A program made the position numbers and the translations under genes. A DNA stretch of 64,000 bases from Pseudomonadales bacterium (lineage in GTDB: Bacteria; Pseudomonadota; Gammaproteobacteria; Pseudomonadales; JBECKS01): the NCBI GenBank assembly GCA_965223975.1, contig OZ245031.1, positions 2,926,917 through 2,990,916 of the forward strand, in the 5' to 3' direction. Below are positions 18,101 to 23,506 of the stretch, in pieces. Positions within the stretch are counted from its first letter, which is position 1, and each line of letters starts with the position of its first letter. A model generated the notes under the pieces. The model was not told where the DNA came from. It saw only the letters and a list, made by a program, of their open reading frames with translations, and ran no database searches.

Positions 18101-20110
18101 TGCGTTGTCCAATAAGTCTTTGACCGTCGATTTGGATAGTACTTTGGTATCTTTTGCTTCTTGAGCAATAGCAAAAAGGTTGTTAACGATGTGCCCGTAT
18201 ACCGCATCAAAAATTAGGATGTTTTGGCATTCAATAAAGAAGCCGTGACGAAAATCATCATGTAGCACAATATCCAATATGGTGATTTGATTTGTCGGGG
18301 GTAAATCTGTGTTAGTTTGGCGAGCTTTAAGGTGGCTCTGGCACGCTTCTCCTAGTACTTTTCGGTTTGCTATGGTGCTGTTGCGTGCTTTGTCATCGGC
18401 GATTAGCTGGCGTGTTTCTTCGGTGAAATCATCGGCATTTAATGTATTTTCATCAAAAAGACTGTTACCGGAACTAAGGATGCTATTCAATGCGAGTGCT
18501 AAATTTTTATTAGCTTGTTCTGGGGTGTAACTTTTGTTGTTTATATCATCAAGGCGAGTAATACCATCTTTAGCTATTTGTTCTTTTAAAGATTTAAGGA
18601 AAGGTGTACTGGCTTCATTGATCGCGCTGGCAAAAGCGAAGGCGTCAATAAAATCTTCATTACGAATTAAGTAAAGATTGTTTTGGTAATTTTTTATGTG
18701 GTTCATTAACGCCAAGAAGTTACTGCGGGCGTTACCTTTCCAACGGTTATACAAAAATAGTCCAGTCTGAAAGAATAGCTCTGACTGCGCATCTTGGAAG
18801 TTACGTTTAGGTTCACCGAAGAAGAACTTGCCAATAGTACTACGTTGTTCTTCTAGGTCGGATTTTTTAGCTAGATAATCTTTCCATGCGTTTCGCAAGG
18901 TGTCGTCATAAATAAGCTTGTCAGGATTTTGTAACCAGCTATTAAAGGCTCTTGTTTTTTCGTCCTTAAGGCGCTTTTGCAATTCGCCTTGTGGCACTTC
19001 AACTTTAGCAAGTCGGCCGTAGTAGTCAGCTTTGGTTGAATGGATTCGTTTACGCAGTGAAAGGTAACGTAAATACTTATAGGCAACACCAAAAGCATTT
19101 AAGTGCTGTGTTGGCGTCGCTGCTAGAGCGAGACCATCAGGTCCTTCTAGCGCTAGTCGTTCTTCGGTTGGGTTCAAGTAGCGCTGAATACTCGCATGAT
19201 AGTGCTCGAGAATATACGGGTTTTCCCGAACGAACTTTTTCGCACCTTCTTCAATGGACTCGATGCTTGAGGTGATGGCGTTGTGTAGATTAGTAAGTTT
19301 GTCGGCTTGCTCTCCGGGTACGTAATCAATAATGCCATCGATACAGCCCTGTTTAGTTAATTCGAAAGGGGATACTCCAACGTACTTGGCACACTCTTGC
19401 CAAGAAAGGTCGTACTTACGAGCAATACTCGCCAGGCCTTTGGGTTGAATGGTGTTATAAATACCGTCTCGAACCGAAAGGATAAGGTTGGTGGTTACCA
19501 AAGGAATAGCTCCACCTGAATAGCCAACACCAACGATAATACCTACAGATGGCACATCCGCATTTGAAAACTCAGCCAGTAACCTTGAAATACTGTGTGC
19601 TTGGTTATTTAGGTTGGCTTCTTCGCCAGCGTCAGCCCCTGGTGTGTCAACAAGGCCTACAACAGGAATAGATAGTGCCGAGTACTTAATTATGGCATCA
19701 CAAGCTGCGAGGTGATGTTCCGGCATCCAGGCACCGTTATTAGCACTTCGGTCTTGGCAGATAAAACCAACGCGTCTAAAACGCTCTCCGAAAGGCACTT
19801 CAGCTTCAGCTGTGTAGAAGGGACCATTTGAGGTTTCGTTAATAATTCGATAACCCAACTGATTAATAACGTCACGGGTGCTGATTCGGCTTTGAGCTTC
19901 GGTAGGCAGAACGACTTGATCAATATAGTCATCGACGTCTAAGCGTTTTAACTCTTCTAGGCGCTGATCTATTTGAACTTTAGTCAACAAACCGTTGATA
20001 TGATGATCGATGCTTAGGTTGTCTTTTTTAGGAAAGATTGAGAAATCTTTCGCCATTTTTTCTGCGGTAACAAAAAGTTGGTCGATATTTTGAGACTTTT
20101 TAGTTTTCAT
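15185..20110 (-). CDS. Single-chain multidomain biotin-dependent carboxylase (AccA-like CT, ~560-aa insert, AccD-like CT, biotin carboxylase, BCCP)
   Basis: 1641 aa with five segments:
- aa ~85-270 are AccA-like (LVDTPGADAGEEANLNNQAHSISRLL, GVGYSGGAIP).
- aa ~271-829 have no recognisable motif.
- aa ~830-1010 are AccD-like (PIVCFVSSGGMQTKEG, GDCTGGAQASFV, MPFAGQVVV).
- aa ~1066-1515 are an ATP-grasp biotin carboxylase (HPGIGFLSENAQFA, KAVHGGGGKGIQVV, YFMEMNTRLQVEHPVTE).
- aa ~1555-1641 are a biotinyl domain (CLMEAMKIF; the Lys1593 codon at 15332-15334 was verified on the reverse strand). Confidence 0.85.
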   Translation of the reverse strand: MKTKKSQNIDQLFVTAEKMAKDFSIFPKKDNLSIDHHINGLLTKVQIDQRLEELKRLDVDDYIDQVVLPTEAQSRISTRDVINQLGYRIINETSNGPFYTAEAEVPFGERFRRVGFICQDRSANNGAWMPEHHLAACDAIIKYSALSIPVVGLVDTPGADAGEEANLNNQAHSISRLLAEFSNADVPSVGIIVGVGYSGGAIPLVTTNLILSVRDGIYNTIQPKGLASIARKYDLSWQECAKYVGVSPFELTKQGCIDGIIDYVPGEQADKLTNLHNAITSSIESIEEGAKKFVRENPYILEHYHASIQRYLNPTEERLALEGPDGLALAATPTQHLNAFGVAYKYLRYLSLRKRIHSTKADYYGRLAKVEVPQGELQKRLKDEKTRAFNSWLQNPDKLIYDDTLRNAWKDYLAKKSDLEEQRSTIGKFFFGEPKRNFQDAQSELFFQTGLFLYNRWKGNARSNFLALMNHIKNYQNNLYLIRNEDFIDAFAFASAINEASTPFLKSLKEQIAKDGITRLDDINNKSYTPEQANKNLALALNSILSSGNSLFDENTLNADDFTEETRQLIADDKARNSTIANRKVLGEACQSHLKARQTNTDLPPTNQITILDIVLHDDFRHGFFIECQNILIFDAVYGHIVNNLFAIAQEAKDTKVLSKSTVKDLLDNALEKAAKTASELDLIQSHMSTKEQTRMLNEQFSGWIKYFVQHQDRGSFLATVEEWHSILHSQMSDSLFVIITFFFEKVLHEYYQSELKGKDYKGVINPVRIGRRKDFWNRLNMAYHDLLINNVLNNVKRQKLTSTKAIIDRFINNFEETGANLLTSDPVKFPGFRISVEEALDQGKVPCGVVTGFGSFKSDDQNRKLGILVSNVDFQAGAFDMASAEKFCELMVACAKENLPIVCFVSSGGMQTKEGAGALFSMAVVNDRITRFVRDNDLPILIFGYGDCTGGAQASFVTHPLAQTYYFSGTNMPFAGQVVVPAYLPTTATLSNYLSVKEGSMQGLVKHPFVSDLDQQLRSVDPNIPVPVDTVEEIFDQVMAGSYQQCAIKSDDKEQDKIELMKPVKKTLIHARGCTAVKLIRKAQENDIDVVLIQSDPDMKSVPAEMMREQDTLICIGGNTSDESYLNPHSVLKVAEHEKVDSLHPGIGFLSENAQFAGLCHNHQVNFIGPSVYSMEMMGNKSNAINTALALDVPVVPGSHGILSSSDKAAAVAEEIGYPVLLKAVHGGGGKGIQVVESPSEIHELFHRISTEARAAFGNGDIYMEKYVTSLRHIEVQLIRDKFGNTKVLGIRDCSVQRNNQKVIEESGSTMLPDELKQNAFKYAAALADKVEYLGAGTVEFIYNLDANALYFMEMNTRLQVEHPVTEATSGVDIVSAQFKIASGGSIEDIAPKEEGFAIEVRVTAEKLEVDSKGEMDILPFPGHIKECVLPEKDYVEIISMAATGKDVSPFYDSLIAQIICYGKDREDCAEKLIAYLEECVIHGICTNIPLLVHILKDDVFRKGDYDTTYLPKLLARMDHDAIIAETEKFAGLDGDGVNTDSVKIEDSDELKVLSPSTGIFYASSSPAEPNFVNEGDIISLDQTICLMEAMKIFTPLKLGSFNKGKNKLYPAAKYKVERVNNESGTQVSAGDLLFVVRPV

Positions 20111-20441
20111 ATTCTGCCTGTTCTATTTCCTGCGCTATTTCCCGGGGTGTTCAGCGTTTGACTTCGTTAAACAGTAGTGGATATTTCCAATTAGGGTAAT
20201 GGATTCCTTTCTGCCGCTAAGGTCTTCAATTTAAAGTAAAAAAACGACGGAAGTATAGCACTAATTGTTCGGGAATTCCCATTCAAATGGGTGACGGAAT
20301 TTGCAAGTATTGTTTTTCACATATGCCAAGGTGTCTGGTCCTATATAGCGAGATCCGCTGGCTACCGTGTTACACTGCTGCACTTGAAATCAGTCAGGTT
20401 GTGTCGCAAAAGGCATATTATTAGCAAGAAAGGGTTAAAGG

Positions 20442-21227
20442 ATGGATAGTTTGTTTTCATTGAAGGGTAAAGTGGCATTGGTTACAGGAGGAACCAGCGG
20501 TATTGGTCTTATGATAGCTGCTGGTTTTGTAAACGCTGGTGCAAAGGTCTATGTGGCTTCTCGTAAAGAGGAGGTTTGCAATGAAGTGGCTGAATCCTTG
20601 TCCAAAAACGGGGAATGTATTGGCATCCCCGCTGATCTAGGTGCTGAGGGAGGTGCGAAAGCTCTATCTGCAGAAATTGCTAAGCGAGAGGGCCAGTTAG
20701 ATATCTTGGTTAATAATGCTGGTGTTACCTGGGGAGCGTCGATCCAAGACTACCCGGATAAGGCTTGGAAAAAGATTATGAGCTTAAATGTACAAGCTAT
20801 GTTTGAGTTAAGTCGGGACTGCTTACCGCTATTGGAAAAGGCCGCAAGCAAGGATCGTCACGCAAAGATTATTAACGTTAGTTCTGTAGCGGGTATGTCT
20901 AGTGCAAGTATGTCGGCCTATGCCTATGGGCCCAGTAAGGCAGCTGCTAACCAGTTAACGCGCATGCTGGCTTCTGAGTTTGCTTCAAAATATATCAGTG
21001 TAAATGCTATAGCCCCTGGGCTTTTTCCCAGCAAGATGACCGACTTTATGATGCCAGACGAAAATGCTGAGCAGGTGATAGGCAAGGCGATACCTCTAGG
21101 GCGAGTCGGTCAGACTGAAGATATGCAGGGCTTAGCGGTATTTCTTGCAAGCCGAGCGGGTGATTATCTTACGGGCACCGTAATCCCAATTGATGGGGGA
21201 GAGTTGCTTCGAGGAGCCGCGCTCTAG
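20442..21227 (+). CDS. SDR-family oxidoreductase, RhlG-like 3-oxoacyl reductase
   Basis: 261 aa with a Rossmann motif (TGGTSGIG), NNAG and catalytic Y-x3-K (YAYGPSKAA). Long stretches resemble P. aeruginosa RhlG as I remember it (AYAYGPSKAA..QL.RMLA, VN.IAPG.FPS.MT, TG.VIPIDGG). Confidence 0.75.
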   Translation: MDSLFSLKGKVALVTGGTSGIGLMIAAGFVNAGAKVYVASRKEEVCNEVAESLSKNGECIGIPADLGAEGGAKALSAEIAKREGQLDILVNNAGVTWGASIQDYPDKAWKKIMSLNVQAMFELSRDCLPLLEKAASKDRHAKIINVSSVAGMSSASMSAYAYGPSKAAANQLTRMLASEFASKYISVNAIAPGLFPSKMTDFMMPDENAEQVIGKAIPLGRVGQTEDMQGLAVFLASRAGDYLTGTVIPIDGGELLRGAAL

Positions 21228-21325
21228 CCCGAATTCCGTTCTCGTTTTCCTTTGATGGGCTTAAGTCTCGGTTCTCTCTTGCTTTGATTAAGCGGGTTGT
21301 GGTGAGCAGCACCCCAAAACTTTAT

Positions 21326-21344
21326 AACTTGACACTGTCAAGTT
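21326..21344. promoter_or_regulatory. 19-bp perfect palindrome (operator candidate O1) overlapping a -35 box
   Basis: AACTTGACA-C-TGTCAAGTT was checked base by base. Its core GACA-N-TGTC is shared with the site at 21368-21380. Confidence 0.5.
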
Positions 21345-21356
21345 TAGGTGTAGAGT
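21329..21356 (+). promoter_or_regulatory. Candidate sigma70 promoter for the NMO-family gene
   Basis: TTGACA (21329-21334), a 16-nt spacer, then TAGAGT (21351-21356), about 120 bp upstream of the ATG at 21475. Confidence 0.4.
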
Positions 21357-21367
21357 TGGCTTTGATT

Positions 21368-21380
21368 TAGACAGTGTCTA
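21368..21380. promoter_or_regulatory. 13-bp perfect palindrome (operator candidate O2)
   Basis: TAGACA-G-TGTCTA lies 39 bp centre-to-centre from O1, just downstream of the predicted -10 element. Confidence 0.45.
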
Positions 21381-21474
21381 CATTGTGCTTTTTGTATCTA
21401 AGTAGTCGTTGTATTGATGTTTTCAGCTTTGCTGAATTAGCTTGTCCACTTAACGAAATCTAGGGAGCTTTGTT

Positions 21475-22455
21475 ATGGCTTTACCAAAATGCATGGAAGG
21501 GAATATGTCTTTGCCCTTAATCGGTTCACCTCTTTTTATTATTTCCGGCCCCGAGCTAGTAATAGCTCAATGTAAGGCGGGTATCACAGGGGCTTTTCCT
21601 TCTCTCAATGCTCGGCCCATTGAGCAATTGGATGAATGGTTGACTCAGATCAATACCGAACTAGATGCCTACAAAAAAGAAAACCCCGATAAGAAGGTGG
21701 CTCCTTATGCGGTCAATCTTATCGTTCATCATAGTAATGGTCGTTTGGACGAAGACATTGATCTTTGTGTAAAGCACAAAGTCCCCGTGATAATTACGAG
21801 TCTTAATGCGCCTACAGCAGCGATTGATCGTATTCACTCTTATGGAGGGGTGATCCTTCATGACGTGACTAATATCAAACATGCCAAAAAAGCCGCTAGC
21901 GAAGGCGTGGATGGCCTGATCTTAGTGTGTACCGGTGCAGGTGGCCATGCGGGTACTTTAAGTCCTTTTGCTTTAGTTCCTGAAGTAAGAGAGTGGTTCG
22001 ACGGTACTATCATTCTTTCGGGAGCGATGGGTAACGGTGATTCGATTTTGTCCGCTCAGGCCATCGGAGCTGATCTTGCTTATATGGGCACGCGCTTTAT
22101 CGCGACAGAAGAAGCCAGAGCGCAAGAAGGCTATAAGCAAATGCTGGTGGATTCGAGCGCAAAAGATATTATCTATACCAACTTGTTTACAGGTGTTCAT
22201 GGCAACTACTTGGCACCGAGTGTCGTAGCAGCGGGCTTAGATCCATATGACTTACCGACGGCTGATAAGAGTAAAATGAATTTTGGTAGCGGCGGTAATA
22301 CAGACGCTAAAGCTTGGAAGGATATTTGGGGATCTGGTCAAGGTATTGGTGGAATCGAGAAAGTTGAGACCGTTGCAGAAGTGGTTGATGGTTTGAAGTC
22401 TCAATACGAAGAGGCTAGGGCTCGATTAATCGGCGGAACACAATTTCCGCAATAA
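21475..22455 (+). CDS. Nitronate monooxygenase / FabK-family FMN oxidoreductase
   Basis: 326 aa, TIM-barrel NMO family pattern (GAFPSLNA, GLILVCTGAGGHAG, GADLAYMGTRFIAT). AGGGAG RBS 8 nt upstream of the ATG. Confidence 0.8.
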   Translation: MALPKCMEGNMSLPLIGSPLFIISGPELVIAQCKAGITGAFPSLNARPIEQLDEWLTQINTELDAYKKENPDKKVAPYAVNLIVHHSNGRLDEDIDLCVKHKVPVIITSLNAPTAAIDRIHSYGGVILHDVTNIKHAKKAASEGVDGLILVCTGAGGHAGTLSPFALVPEVREWFDGTIILSGAMGNGDSILSAQAIGADLAYMGTRFIATEEARAQEGYKQMLVDSSAKDIIYTNLFTGVHGNYLAPSVVAAGLDPYDLPTADKSKMNFGSGGNTDAKAWKDIWGSGQGIGGIEKVETVAEVVDGLKSQYEEARARLIGGTQFPQ

Positions 22456-22492
22456 ATTGGGGGGTTGAAGTCAGAAAAAGGGGCGGGTCAGT

Positions 22493-23119
22493 TTACTGAT
22501 CTGCTTCTTTTTTTTGTGCGTGTGTTTTCTGAGAAAGTTTTTCGTCAATGCTTTGGGCGCCGCGTTTTTCTTTTAAATTTTGTTTTATTCTTGCGCTCAT
22601 TTGTTTCGCTCGTTCTGCTTTGCGTTTAAACCAAGTGTGTTGCACATGGAAGCGCCAAATTAATCTGACGATAAAGTAGCCGGTTGCTCCAAAAGCAGTA
22701 CCAGCTACAAGGCAACCTGTCATAAGTGGTACGATGACCTGTGCTAGGTTGTCTCCCATTGAGTTAACGCTCCACTCTAAACTCGCAGGGTCGTGGGGCT
22801 GCCCCAATAAAACGAGACCAAAACGATAGCACAGGTAATAAATAGGTGCGTAAGTAAGAGGGTTGCTGATCCAGGTAAGAGCAATGGCAAGTGGTAAGTT
22901 TCCGTGAAGGAAGATAGCGAAACCTGCAGCAAGAACCATTTGCATGGGAATTGGTAAAAAGCAGGCGAAGATTCCAGCAAAGACTGCTGAAGCTACTGAT
23001 CGCCGATTAAGATGCCAAAGATTGCTGTCGTGCAATATAGAGCCAAGCCAGCGCAAAGAGCGGTGCTTGGTCACCGTTGACGCTTTAGGTAAATGCTTGC
23101 TAATAAATTGCTTTGGCAT
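22493..23119 (-). CDS. DUF2062-family membrane protein
   Basis: 208 aa with an N-terminal basic segment followed by the hydrophobic core typical of DUF2062 (SVASAVFAGIFACFLPIPMQMVLAAGFAIFL, NPLTYAPIYYLCYRFG). Confidence 0.7.
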   Translation of the reverse strand: MPKQFISKHLPKASTVTKHRSLRWLGSILHDSNLWHLNRRSVASAVFAGIFACFLPIPMQMVLAAGFAIFLHGNLPLAIALTWISNPLTYAPIYYLCYRFGLVLLGQPHDPASLEWSVNSMGDNLAQVIVPLMTGCLVAGTAFGATGYFIVRLIWRFHVQHTWFKRKAERAKQMSARIKQNLKEKRGAQSIDEKLSQKTHAQKKEADQ

Positions 23120-23506
23120 GGATTTATCTAGCTGTAATTATCCTTAGAAATTAGCCTTTTTACCCATAGATAGATATGAGTGTGGATTTAGATGGTTGAT
23201 TTTAAAGGTCATGCATCACCTCTGTGTTTTCTTTTCTCGAATATTAAGCCGTGATTTTTGGGTTTATATCATTATTATTTAAGGGCGGGCAGCAGTAAAA
23301 AAATCATTTAAAACAATAGCTTGTAACTCTTTATTGAGGTTAAGTATACCTTACCTTTTTGGAAGGCGATTGTTATTATGCACTTAATTTTAAAGAAGCT
23401 CTAGCCCATGAATCTGGACAAGTCTTCGCCCTGACTAAGGAAAGGTGGGGGAGTGCTTTAATCGGGACTATATCGAGCTTTTAAAAGTCTTTAACAGCAA
23501 AAGGAT

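Noticed and set aside
20156-20172. GTTTGAC-TTC-GTTAAAC upstream of the fused carboxylase, which reuses the GTTTGA hexamer of the PsrA-like site at 14156.
   Set aside because: The half-sites are in the opposite relative orientation (GTTTG...CAAAC rather than CAAAC...GTTTG) and the repeat is imperfect. It should not be counted as a second PsrA operator.
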